DNA from: Terriglobia bacterium
GTDB lineage: Bacteria; Acidobacteriota; Terriglobia; Bryobacterales; Bryobacteraceae
Direction of reading: 5' to 3'
DNA: 64,000 nt
Assembly (NCBI GenBank): GCA_963723645.1
Contig: CAVRRR010000002.1
Coordinates: 376,163-440,162 of the forward strand
In this document: piece after piece, positions 28,557 to 37,374 of the stretch
Position numbering within the stretch: position 1 is the stretch's first letter
Layout: every line of letters begins with the position of its first letter
Notes under the pieces: model-generated
The model's input: only the letters and a program-made list of their open reading frames with translations
Database searches by the model: none
What the model was told of the DNA's origin: nothing
Position numbers and translations under genes: made by a program

Positions 28557-31256
28557 GTGAGGTGGCGAAGATGGCGTTACATTCTGCCGCTTCGGCTGCG
28601 ATCAATATTTAAACGCCCGCAAGTAGAGGATGAGCTCGAGGAAGAGCTGCGCTTCCACTTGCAGTGCCGGATGGAAGAAGAGACGGCTCGCGGCATCGAG
28701 GGGCGTGAAGCGCGGTATCGCGCTCTGCGGGCGCTAGGTGGACTGCAGCAGCGAAAAGAGGAGGCGCGGGATATGAGACGCGTTCGTTGGTTTACCGATG
28801 CCGGCGATGATCTGAAGTACGCATTGCGGGCGATTGCGCACGCGAAGCTGTTTACGCTCCTCACCGTACTCACCCTCGGAATCGGAATCGGAGCGAACAG
28901 CGCAATCTTCAGTCTGGCGGATGCCATGCTGCTGCGACCGCTACCCGTTTCGCGCGCAAGCGGCGTGGTGACCGTCAGCACCTTCTCGCCAAACTCGGCG
29001 AACGATTCGATGGGGATGCTTTCGTATCCAGATTATGTCGATTACCGGGAGAAGAGCAAGAGCTTCGAGGGTCTAGCTGCGTTCTCGGATTTGATGAGCT
29101 TCGGTTTCGCGTCGCATCCGGGCAAATTGCCGAAATTGAAAGGCGGTCTGCTCGTCAGCGGGAACCTGTTCCGAGTGATGGGTGTGCAGCCTGAACTGGG
29201 ACGGGCGTTCAACACAGAGGAAGACCGTGTTCCCGGACGGAACGCGGCGGTGATTCTCCGAAACGAGTTTTGGCAGACGGAGTTTGGCGGCGACCCTTCG
29301 GTGATAGGCCGACGCCTTTACCTGGACGGTTTAGAGTTTTCGATCATCGGGGTTGCACCGAGGAGATTCTACGGTCTGGATCAATATGCTCATCCCGATT
29401 TTTTCTTGCCTCTGATGACGTGGCCGCGCATTTCAGGGAATGCGAAACGTAATCCGCTGGAAGATCGCGCCGACCGGGAGCTCATGGTGAAGGGCAGATT
29501 GAAGCCGGGAGTTTCGATGGCCCAAGCTCGAGCGGAACTGGGTGTGATCGCCACCAGCCTTCAACACGCGTATCCGAGAACAAACCGGAACCGGGAAGCA
29601 ACCGTTCGTAGTGAGTTCGAAACGAGAGTGCATAACGACCCTTCGGACGCAGCACTTGTAGGCGTGCTGCTCGCCCTGGCTGGAGCAGTATTGTTGATTG
29701 CCTGTACAAATACTGCGGGCCTGTTGATTGGCCGGGCCCGCGCGCGTTCGCGGGAAATTGCGGTACGGCTGGCCATAGGGGCCGGGCGGTTTCGTTTGAT
29801 TCGATTGCTGCTTGCGCAAAGTTTTCTGATTGCGGCGGTGGCAGGAGGCCTCGGGATAGCGCTGGGCTACGGCGGCATAGAGTTCTTCCGGCGCTTTCAG
29901 ATTCCGACCGACCTGCCCATCAAGCTTTCTCTGCAACTCGACAAGCGAGTGCTGCTGTTCAGCTTGAGCGTCTCCTTACTTAGCGCAATTCTATGCGGAC
30001 TTTGGCCAGCGCTGCAGACAACGAAGACCAATCTGGTGTCGGCTTTGAGGACGCCAGACCCCGACAGCGACGGGAAGCGAAGGCTTTGGGGACGAAATGC
30101 GCTGGTGGTTTGCCAAGTAGCGGCATCGCTTGCTCTTCTGACGGCGGCGCTCCAGATGGTACGGGCATTTCAGGAGAAGTGGCGCTTCGGTCCTGGCTTT
30201 CGGACAGATCACTTGCTGGCGTTGAGTTTCGATCCGCAGCTTGTGCACTTCTCCGAAGCACAGACACAGAAGTTTTATAAGGAACTGATACGCGAGGTTC
30301 GTCTGCTTCCAGGAGCCAAAGGGGCGGCTTATACGGGAAGTCTGCCGATGGATACGACCGGAGACGGCGTGAGCGTCGTGCCCGAAGGCTACCAGATGCC
30401 AGCCGGGAGGGAGAGTTTTGCGCTGGATATGAATGTTGCCGGCGACGGCTATTTTCAAGTTTTGGGCGCGCGACTGGTGCAGGGGCGTGAATTCCGCGAG
30501 AGCGACAACGCTTCGGCGCCGAAGGTTGCCGTCGTGAATGAGCAGTTCGCGAAGCACTATTGGCCCGGTGGCGACGCTCTCGGCAAGCGGTTCCGAATTG
30601 ACAATGCGAACGGTCCACCGGTCGAGATCGTGGGCATCTCGAAAACTGCGAAGTATGAGTGGATCGGTGAGCCGCCTACGGAGTTTGTGTATCTCCCGAT
30701 GGGACAGCATCCTCGCAGCAAGATGACACTGCTGGTTGAGTCAAAAGGAACGTCGGCGACACTGGCCGAACCGGTTCGCGAACTGGTGCGACGTATCGAC
30801 TCAGGTCAACCGGTCTTCGACGTTCGAACCATAGAGGACTTTTATCAGAGGAGAGTGGTGAGGGGGCCGGTCATGATTCTTCAGGCGGTGAGCGCAATGG
30901 GGTTGATCGGGCTGATTCTTTCGCTAGGGGGCCTGTATGGGTTGATGACCTACGCCATCAGCCGCAGAACACGGGAGATCGGCATTCGCATGGCGGTAGG
31001 CGCAGATGCGACTCAAGTGCTCCGCATGATCCTTGGGCAAGCGGCGAAACTGGTGATTGGCGGCGTCGCGATCGGCTTGGTGCTGGGCATTGCGCTAGAG
31101 AAGGGTTTGAATGCGGTCTTCGCAACAGCCGGATCAGATGTGAATGCGTATGTGCTGGTACTGCCATTGCTGTTTGGCGTGACCATGGCAGCGGCTGCGA
31201 TTCCGGCTTTGAAGGCAGCCCGCATAGCGCCGACGCGGGCGTTGCGATACGAGTAG
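28557..31256 (+). CDS. Duplicated FtsX/MacB-type ABC permease (acidobacterial duplicated orphan permease, ADOP family)
   Basis: 899 aa, with a GTG start 1 nt after the padR stop. There are two copies of a MacB-like periplasmic domain plus an FtsX 4-TM module (REIAVRLAIGAGRFRLIRLL and REIGIRMAVGADATQVLRMIL). No ATPase gene is adjacent. PadR-ADOP pairing is characteristic of Acidobacteria. Confidence 0.85.
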   Translation: MRWRRWRYILPLRLRSIFKRPQVEDELEEELRFHLQCRMEEETARGIEGREARYRALRALGGLQQRKEEARDMRRVRWFTDAGDDLKYALRAIAHAKLFTLLTVLTLGIGIGANSAIFSLADAMLLRPLPVSRASGVVTVSTFSPNSANDSMGMLSYPDYVDYREKSKSFEGLAAFSDLMSFGFASHPGKLPKLKGGLLVSGNLFRVMGVQPELGRAFNTEEDRVPGRNAAVILRNEFWQTEFGGDPSVIGRRLYLDGLEFSIIGVAPRRFYGLDQYAHPDFFLPLMTWPRISGNAKRNPLEDRADRELMVKGRLKPGVSMAQARAELGVIATSLQHAYPRTNRNREATVRSEFETRVHNDPSDAALVGVLLALAGAVLLIACTNTAGLLIGRARARSREIAVRLAIGAGRFRLIRLLLAQSFLIAAVAGGLGIALGYGGIEFFRRFQIPTDLPIKLSLQLDKRVLLFSLSVSLLSAILCGLWPALQTTKTNLVSALRTPDPDSDGKRRLWGRNALVVCQVAASLALLTAALQMVRAFQEKWRFGPGFRTDHLLALSFDPQLVHFSEAQTQKFYKELIREVRLLPGAKGAAYTGSLPMDTTGDGVSVVPEGYQMPAGRESFALDMNVAGDGYFQVLGARLVQGREFRESDNASAPKVAVVNEQFAKHYWPGGDALGKRFRIDNANGPPVEIVGISKTAKYEWIGEPPTEFVYLPMGQHPRSKMTLLVESKGTSATLAEPVRELVRRIDSGQPVFDVRTIEDFYQRRVVRGPVMILQAVSAMGLIGLILSLGGLYGLMTYAISRRTREIGIRMAVGADATQVLRMILGQAAKLVIGGVAIGLVLGIALEKGLNAVFATAGSDVNAYVLVLPLLFGVTMAAAAIPALKAARIAPTRALRYE

Positions 31257-31317
31257 AGGTTGAGATCGGAGCCCTCGCTGATCTTTCAACGTTAAACTGG
31301 GTCGGAAAATACAGGAC

Positions 31318-31560
31318 ATGCAAATACACATCTTCAGAGGCCCCGGCCGAGTTTTTGGTCTTACAGAAGACGCTACAGGAGGCAACCTGCCCACGCAGTT
31401 CGCTCCCTGGAGTGCGTTCAAATCAGTGGAACTGAGCCGGGAGGGAGAACCAACGCCGGGCGTCGACAGCAACGAGTGTTTAGACGACATCGAACGACAT
31501 GGTTTCCACATCACCGATGCCCATGTCCGCATAACGGAGACCGTGATTGAAGCTAAGTAA
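31318..31560 (+). CDS. Small conserved hypothetical protein (80 aa)
   Basis: MQIHIFRGPGRVFGLTEDATGGNLPTQFAPWSAFKSVEL... has a natural composition. It resembles small proteins of the '...AFT.D..G.NLP..F.PW...' type that I recall from soil bacteria. No function is known. Confidence 0.5.
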   Translation: MQIHIFRGPGRVFGLTEDATGGNLPTQFAPWSAFKSVELSREGEPTPGVDSNECLDDIERHGFHITDAHVRITETVIEAK

Positions 31561-31685
31561 AGCGCCCTGAGGAGTGTGTTCCGGCTACCCAACGGCTACG
31601 ACCATGTTTCGAGCCGGTTATCGGCGTAAGCATGGTGCCGTGGAAGTGACGTTTACGTACAGAGACGACGATCCAGGCGCCCCTC

Positions 31686-32168
31686 TCATGCCTGCAAAGC
31701 CGAATCGTCCTTGGTCAAGGTGTCCTGGCGCGTACTCTCAATGAATCGTTCGACGACTCCGATGGTGGTTCTCCAGTAAAACTGCCAATGTTGGAAGATC
31801 GCTTCACTAGGGAAATTGGAAATGCTGACCTTCAGCGAGGTTGAGTTTTCCTCCGCTGGGGCGAGGCGGAACTCGATTGTCGTGTAGTTCTCGGCTTGAT
31901 CAGGCAGTCTGGATATAGAACTCAGATGGCTGTACCGAAGAAGCGAATTCTGCTCGAAGCACAAAACGGTGCCCTTGTTCTCGAACCCGACGTTGTTGTG
32001 GCGCCCCTTCACGACGATTGGACTTCCGACTCTCCAGTCAGTGGCGATCTCCACCCGCATCTCGGGCTCTGCGATCCACTTCTTCATTGAATCGACGTCG
32101 GTCAGCGCACGCCACACCACAGAAGGCGGTGCTTGAATCGTGGCGGAGTTTTCAATCGCATGGGTCAT
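31686..32168 (-). CDS. SRPBCC-superfamily protein (AHSA1/START-like)
   Basis: 160 aa. IQAPPSVVWRALTDVDSMKKW at the N-terminus is typical of Aha1/SRPBCC domain proteins. Confidence 0.75.
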   Translation of the reverse strand: MTHAIENSATIQAPPSVVWRALTDVDSMKKWIAEPEMRVEIATDWRVGSPIVVKGRHNNVGFENKGTVLCFEQNSLLRYSHLSSISRLPDQAENYTTIEFRLAPAEENSTSLKVSISNFPSEAIFQHWQFYWRTTIGVVERFIESTRQDTLTKDDSALQA

Positions 32169-32328
32169 CGGTCGACAGTTACAGAGTAACGTTTAGATAC
32201 TGCTGCCTGGTTAAGAGCGCCCGTCGGCCTTCTCGCGGGCAATCGAGCGGTATCGACGCGGAAAGGAAGCGGGGGCGAGAAACCCGGCTGCCGCAAGATG
32301 GGCCTCTCTGGGAATGCAGAAACGCGTT

Positions 32329-32775
32329 TCAAAACCTGGCAATCAGTGCGATGCCGCCAACCATGAGAAGCGCACCGAGCCCGCGCCAGATGTTCAACGA
32401 GTGAACCTGCATGTGGAAGAGACCGAAGTGGTCGACAAGCAGCGAGGCCACGAGAGCGGCCGTGACGGTGAAGCCCACAAACGGCCCAGCGCCTACCTTG
32501 TTCACCAAGGTGAGTCCGGCGTAGACCTGAACAGCGCCGACCAACCCGCCGAGCGGCGCCCACCAGGGCATGGCCGAGAGGCCTCCGAGGGTGGGCAGAG
32601 GCGTAGGAAAAACGGCGAACACACAAAGAAAAAACGCGGTGATCACACCGAAAGACACGGTGCTGGCAAGCCAGGGATTCACTAATGCCTTATTGAGCTG
32701 GCCGTTCATGGCAGCGCCGCATGTTTGTAAGACACCCCCCAGGATGATGAAGGGAAAAATCCATCCTGCTTTCAT
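32329..32775 (-). CDS. DMT-superfamily small membrane protein (YdcZ/DUF606-like)
   Basis: 148 aa with 4-5 TM segments. The N-terminus ILGGVLQTCGAAMNGQLNKALVNPWLASTVSF matches the DUF606 pattern. Confidence 0.7.
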   Translation of the reverse strand: MKAGWIFPFIILGGVLQTCGAAMNGQLNKALVNPWLASTVSFGVITAFFLCVFAVFPTPLPTLGGLSAMPWWAPLGGLVGAVQVYAGLTLVNKVGAGPFVGFTVTAALVASLLVDHFGLFHMQVHSLNIWRGLGALLMVGGIALIARF

Positions 32776-32802
32776 TTCGATCTCCTCAACTTATGATTGC
32801 TT

Positions 32803-34056
32803 TCAGCTTGCGATGACGGCGGACGCCGTTTGCTTCAGTCTTGAAGTACGGAAGGTGTTCGTTTCCGGCATGAGCAGAGCAAAAAACAGCATGCCGATGA
32901 AAGCGATGCCGGCGAGAGCGGCGAACCCGACGTTGTAGCCGAAGCTTTTTACGACCAGACCAGCCAGGACATTGCTCAAGAACGCACCGATACCGAGGGC
33001 CGCCTGAATCACTCCCTGCAGAAGATTGAAACGGCCGGTTCCTTTTGCGAGATCGGAGATGATGAGCACCCAGAGAACTCCAAAAATAGCGGCGCCTACA
33101 CCATCAAGACTTTGCACAGCGAGAAGGTGAAACGCACTCTTGCTGAATGTATAGAGAATGCCGCGCACCGTCAGCACTCCGAAACCGATCAGGAACAGCG
33201 GCTTTCGTCCCCAGGATCCGGCCAGTCTGCCGGTGAGATAAGCGACCGGAATCATGACGCACTGTGCCGCGATGATGCAGGCAGACATGTAGAAAGAGGA
33301 TGCGCCGTCTTTGCCTTTCGAGAGCAGTTCTCCAACGAGCGGCAGCATAGCAGCGTTGGCGAAGTGGAACAGAATCACGGAGACGGTGAAGATCCATATG
33401 GGTCTTCGTCGAAGCAGATCGGCAAAGCTGATGACGTGACCCGCACCGCTGGGGTCGTCCTCCGAGGTGGCTCCACGGGCGGCAGTGTTATCAATATCGT
33501 TCGAACGAATGCTCGCGGCGGCGCAAATGGTTCCGATCGCAACAAAGGCCGCCGTATAGAAAATCCACTGCTGGCCGAAGTACGTGCCGACGGCGCCGGC
33601 CAGCAGTGCAAAGATCACGTTGCCAGCGTGGTTGAAGCTTTCATTGCGACCGATTCGCACGGAGAGCTTTCGGCGGCCCACAATGCCGAGCGAAACGGCC
33701 GCGATCGCAGGAGCAAAAAAGGCGCCCGCCAAACCAACCAGGATCTGCGTGATGACCTCAGTTCTTTGGTCCGGCGCGAGTACGATGCCTATGCAACCGG
33801 CAGCGACCAGCCCAGCAGCGCCGACCATCAACCAGTCTTTGTGCTTCGACCAATCGACGATCCATCCGGCGGGCCCTTGCGCGACCACCGAAGCGATGCT
33901 TTGGGTAGCAACCGCGACGCCGACGCTCGCCGGGTTCCAGTGCCGTGTGGCGGTGAGATAAATCGCAAGGAACGGGCCGACGCCGGTGCTGACATCGGCC
34001 ATGAAAAAATTCAGCCAGTCAAGTGCGCGGAGGCTTTGCTGTTTGTCTTCACTCAT
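32803..34056 (-). CDS. MFS transporter
   Basis: I start at the ATG at 34056 (MSEDKQQSLRALDWLNFFMADVSTGVGPF...). 12 TM-like segments. The 151 upstream codons of the track ORF are Arg/Pro/Cys-rich and look non-coding. Confidence 0.8.
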   Translation of the reverse strand: MSEDKQQSLRALDWLNFFMADVSTGVGPFLAIYLTATRHWNPASVGVAVATQSIASVVAQGPAGWIVDWSKHKDWLMVGAAGLVAAGCIGIVLAPDQRTEVITQILVGLAGAFFAPAIAAVSLGIVGRRKLSVRIGRNESFNHAGNVIFALLAGAVGTYFGQQWIFYTAAFVAIGTICAAASIRSNDIDNTAARGATSEDDPSGAGHVISFADLLRRRPIWIFTVSVILFHFANAAMLPLVGELLSKGKDGASSFYMSACIIAAQCVMIPVAYLTGRLAGSWGRKPLFLIGFGVLTVRGILYTFSKSAFHLLAVQSLDGVGAAIFGVLWVLIISDLAKGTGRFNLLQGVIQAALGIGAFLSNVLAGLVVKSFGYNVGFAALAGIAFIGMLFFALLMPETNTFRTSRLKQTASAVIAS

Positions 34057-34340
34057 CTTGGGCCGACGGTCCCGCCTTCTCACGCACAAGTTTTGCCATA
34101 CGACTGAACTAGCGGCTGCACGGCGTACGCCAAAGCGATCACATACATTTCTAGTTACTTGCGGCCGCAGACAGGCTGAATCGTGCTGAATAGGTACAGC
34201 AGCTGTTCGCTGGGCGTGCGCTGAAGAGCAAGCGGTGACTGGAGGAGGAAAAAACGCGGGTGTCCGGCTAAAACACAGGCGCGTCCGGTAATCGAGACAG
34301 CCCATCGAAGGCTGCCGATTGAGACGACTCGGATTCGAGG

Positions 34341-34356
34341 TGGGCGCCGGGTTGCT
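34341..34356 (+). promoter_or_regulatory. Candidate sigma-54 (-24/-12) promoter
   Basis: TGGgcgccgggTTGCt: GG at 34342-34343 and GC at 34354-34355 have exactly the consensus spacing of TGGCACG-N4-TTGCW. It lies about 27 nt upstream of the ATG at 34382, with GAGG at 34368-34371. A sigma-54 activator is encoded in the same gene array. Confidence 0.4.
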
Positions 34357-34381
34357 CTGGTTGCAGTGAGGTTCACTTGTT

Positions 34382-35179
34382 ATGAAACTGCATGCATCAC
34401 GCACTTCACTCTGCCTTGTTATAGGCTGTGCTCTAGCAACCATCGGAACGGCGCAACCCGCACGGGGGAGACGCGACGCTCCACCACCTCCGGCAGCTTC
34501 CGCTGGCACCGGCGTTTACACCACCGTCTCCGGGACTGTTTCGCAGTTCAATTATGACCGTGACGCGGAGGTGGAAGGATTTCTGTTGAGCAACAACACG
34601 CTGGTACATCTGCCGCCGCGTGTGAGCGCACGCGTGGCGACATCCGTTCACGCAGGAGACAAGGTGGAAATTTCGGGCTTTGCCCAAACTTCCCGCGCGG
34701 GCGTTCAGACGGTAGAGGCGCAACGGATTCAAGACCGCAGTTCCGGTGTGACCCTGGCAGTTCCGCAGCCGGGGGCGCCGGCTCCTTACTCCGGTTCCGG
34801 ACGAATTCAGCAACTGAACTACGGCCCAGATGGCGCGATCAACGGATTTGTGTTTGATAACGGCACGCTCGCCAGGGTGTCTCCGTTTGCCGCTACCAAT
34901 CCGTCGTCGGTGCGGGTGGGAGCGACGGTTACGTACGCAGGATATGCGCGAAATACAACCAGCGGGCGGACCGTAGTGGACGTTGAAACGCTGACGATCA
35001 ATGGGCAGGTGGTGAGCATGACTCAAGCAGGGCGCGAGGAACCTGCTCCGCCTCCGCCGCCAGCTGCGAGTGCTGGTGGTCCAAGCGCGCCAGCTGGACC
35101 TGCGGTAACGCTCCCTCCAGCCGGCCGAACCGCTGAACCTCCGGCGCCACCCGCTCCGCCGCAGAATCGTGGTTCCTGA
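34382..35179 (+). CDS. Putative lipoprotein built from two tandem ~70-aa repeats with Pro-rich flanks
   Basis: Lipobox-like LVIG|C at residue 16. Repeat 1 is VSGTVSQFNYDRDAEVEGFLLSNNTLVHLPPRVSARV...VEISGFA...VQTVEAQRI. Repeat 2 is GSGRIQQLNYGPDGAINGFVFDNGTLARVSPFAATNP...VTYAGYA...VVDVETLTI. PPPPAASAG occurs before and after the repeats. Confidence 0.7.
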   Translation: MKLHASRTSLCLVIGCALATIGTAQPARGRRDAPPPPAASAGTGVYTTVSGTVSQFNYDRDAEVEGFLLSNNTLVHLPPRVSARVATSVHAGDKVEISGFAQTSRAGVQTVEAQRIQDRSSGVTLAVPQPGAPAPYSGSGRIQQLNYGPDGAINGFVFDNGTLARVSPFAATNPSSVRVGATVTYAGYARNTTSGRTVVDVETLTINGQVVSMTQAGREEPAPPPPPAASAGGPSAPAGPAVTLPPAGRTAEPPAPPAPPQNRGS

Positions 35180-35265
35180 AGTTTGGTGAGTAGATCAGCG
35201 GACAGCTGTGGGCGGAAATCGGACAGTGCAAACAGGCTTCACAACGCAAAGTCAAGGCAGCAGCG

Positions 35266-35925
35266 TTGGCGCTCCGCTTGCTACTCTGGCCCCTAGTGGC
35301 GGTTTTTCGAATGTGTGGCCCATTTGCAGCACGGGTGACCTCGTTCGTGCTGCTGTGGGCCCAAGCGGGACCGCCGCCACCTCCTGCGCCGCCGGAGAGC
35401 AGGCCGCCAGGGCCGGACCTGGCAAATCACATCGCGGATATCAGACGGAAGATGGATTCAACCAAGCCGGTCGATCTGACGGCGCAACGGGCGCTCGAGT
35501 ATGGGCGCGGATTTCTGGCAAACGCGGAGAGCGCGCTGCGATCCGATCAACCGTTCCGCGCGGATCGCCTGGCGGGAGCAGCCGATTCGCTGCTTCACGT
35601 AGCTGAACATCAGGAACACCTGCGGGGAGACGGTCCAAAAGGGCCACCTCCTGCCGGTGCGATGCAAGATCAACTGCAGCGGGTATATTTTCGAACTCAG
35701 CAGGCGAATTATTTTTTCGCTCAAAGCCGGGATCCGCGAGCTAAATCGTTCCCGCAATGGGCGCGAGACTTTTACCAGTTGGCCGTGCGCGATAGCGAGC
35801 GTAAGGATTTCATTGCCGCCGACGAGAACGCGAAGAGCAGCGAGGATATCGTTAGAGCGCTAGAGAACCTGGCACAGGCAGCGAACGTTCCGGACAAAAA
35901 GCAGCAGAGTAAAACTCACCCGTGA
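35266..35925 (+). CDS. Exported Pro-rich hypothetical protein (possible periplasmic accessory protein)
   Basis: 219 aa with a TTG start (alternative ATG at 35311). Hydrophobic leader, then GPPPPPAPPESRPPGP, then a composition that suggests helices (unverified). GTGA overlap with the downstream kinase gene. Confidence 0.6.
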   Translation: MALRLLLWPLVAVFRMCGPFAARVTSFVLLWAQAGPPPPPAPPESRPPGPDLANHIADIRRKMDSTKPVDLTAQRALEYGRGFLANAESALRSDQPFRADRLAGAADSLLHVAEHQEHLRGDGPKGPPPAGAMQDQLQRVYFRTQQANYFFAQSRDPRAKSFPQWARDFYQLAVRDSERKDFIAADENAKSSEDIVRALENLAQAANVPDKKQQSKTHP

Positions 35926-37373
35926 ATCGCTTACTGCAAAACAGACTGCTGCTGCAATTGCTGTTCACGTTTGTAGCAGCGCTTTCGGTTACAAGCCTGA
36001 GCGTTGTGCTCATCACGGAGGCTATTCGGGGCGCTGAGCGAGTGATGGTGGGAGAAGCGAACCGGGCGGTTGCGACAGCGATCAGCGAGCTGAACCAGCA
36101 GTATCAATACCGCGCATCGTCCGACAGTTCCTGGTCCACGCTTCCGGCGGGCGCGCAGGATGTGTCACTACGGGCGATCAGCCAGACGGTGCTGCGCTCC
36201 TACCCGGGCGTAGAGGGCGGCTTCTATGCGGGCACCGATTTTCTCGGCTACGCCTTCCCGACACACGACACAGGATCGGCCAAAACGGATGTGCCGAGCG
36301 CAGAGAAAGGGCTGATTCTCTCGCTCACACAACAGAGTCTGAGGACGCGACGGATGACCCAGCAGGTGATTCACGGGCGAACAGATCTGCTGGTGCTGGG
36401 CGCTGTGCCGAGCCGAAACGGGCTGGCTGTTGCGTGGGCGATGAAACGGCTTGCGGGGCGCGGGGCGCCCGGTACCGGCAGACGCGAAGTTCTGCTTTCG
36501 ATCCTGGTGCTAGCTGCTCTCGTGAGTATTGTCGGGACACTCGCTACGGGAATGAGCCTGGCGCGCGGCGTTGCGCAAATCAAAGGCGGCCTGGCGGCAC
36601 TCGAAAGGGATTTCGACTATCGTCTTCCGGAACGCGCCGATGAATTGGGTGGGATCAGCCGATCGATCAATCGGATGGCGACGGTGCGGCGGAAGCTGGA
36701 GAGCGAGCTGCGGCGAGAAGACCGGTTGCGGGCGGTGGGCCGGTTAGCCGCGGGTCTGGCGCACGAGATTCGAAACCCGCTCAACAGTATCCGGCTGACA
36801 GTCGAGTTATTGGAGCGCCGGCTCGAATCCCATTCGATTCGCAGCGAAGATTTTCGGAGCGTGCGAAACGAAGTGGACCGGCTCGGGGCGCTGTTGAACG
36901 ATCTGCTGGATCTGCAAAGATCGCGCCAGCCGCGCCCCCAACTGCAGGGCATTGTTCCGGTGGTTCAGCGTTGTATCAGCCTGCTGGAGCGTCAAGCGGA
37001 AATGCAGTACACACGTGTGTGTTTCGAGCCACCGCGGCAAGACGTGATTGCTTTGTTCGATTCGCAGCAACTGACTCAGACGGTGGTCAATCTGTTGCTA
37101 AATGCGCTCGAAGCCTCGCCCACCGGCAGCGCGATTCACGTGCGCGCCTCCGAAGAGAACGGGACGGCGCGGGTAGAAGTGCAGGACGAAGGCCCGGGAT
37201 TGAACGCGGAGCAACAAGAACGCCTGTTTGAACCGTTCTATACGACAAAGCCGGCCGGAACCGGGCTGGGTTTAGCAGTTTCGCGCGAGCTGATGCGGAG
37301 CCAGGGGGGAGACCTCGTCTTTCATGCAAGCAGCGTAGGCGCTTGTTTCGTGGTGGAGTTGCCGAAAAAGTGA
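35922..37373 (+). CDS. Sensor histidine kinase (2 TM with a periplasmic loop, HAMP, HisKA, HATPase_c)
   Basis: TM1 is LLLQLLFTFVAALSVTSLSVVLI, followed by a ~160-aa loop and TM2 LLSILVLAALVSIVGTLATGMSLA. H-box LAHEIRNPLNSI, G1 DEGPGL, G2 GTGLGLAVS. Confidence 0.9.
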   Translation: MNRLLQNRLLLQLLFTFVAALSVTSLSVVLITEAIRGAERVMVGEANRAVATAISELNQQYQYRASSDSSWSTLPAGAQDVSLRAISQTVLRSYPGVEGGFYAGTDFLGYAFPTHDTGSAKTDVPSAEKGLILSLTQQSLRTRRMTQQVIHGRTDLLVLGAVPSRNGLAVAWAMKRLAGRGAPGTGRREVLLSILVLAALVSIVGTLATGMSLARGVAQIKGGLAALERDFDYRLPERADELGGISRSINRMATVRRKLESELRREDRLRAVGRLAAGLAHEIRNPLNSIRLTVELLERRLESHSIRSEDFRSVRNEVDRLGALLNDLLDLQRSRQPRPQLQGIVPVVQRCISLLERQAEMQYTRVCFEPPRQDVIALFDSQQLTQTVVNLLLNALEASPTGSAIHVRASEENGTARVEVQDEGPGLNAEQQERLFEPFYTTKPAGTGLGLAVSRELMRSQGGDLVFHASSVGACFVVELPKK

Positions 37374-37374
37374 A

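Noticed and set aside
34057-34509. Track N-terminal extension of the MFS transporter. Comparable extensions are 53295-53531 on scoB, 15877-15972 on the response regulator, 17094-17216 on the VOC protein, 20346-20405 on the IMPase, 38801-38860 on the phosphoesterase and 47142-47225 on Gfo/Idh/MocA.
   Set aside because: The extensions have non-protein-like composition or overlap neighbouring genes. Internal ATG starts give canonical N-termini or signal peptides.
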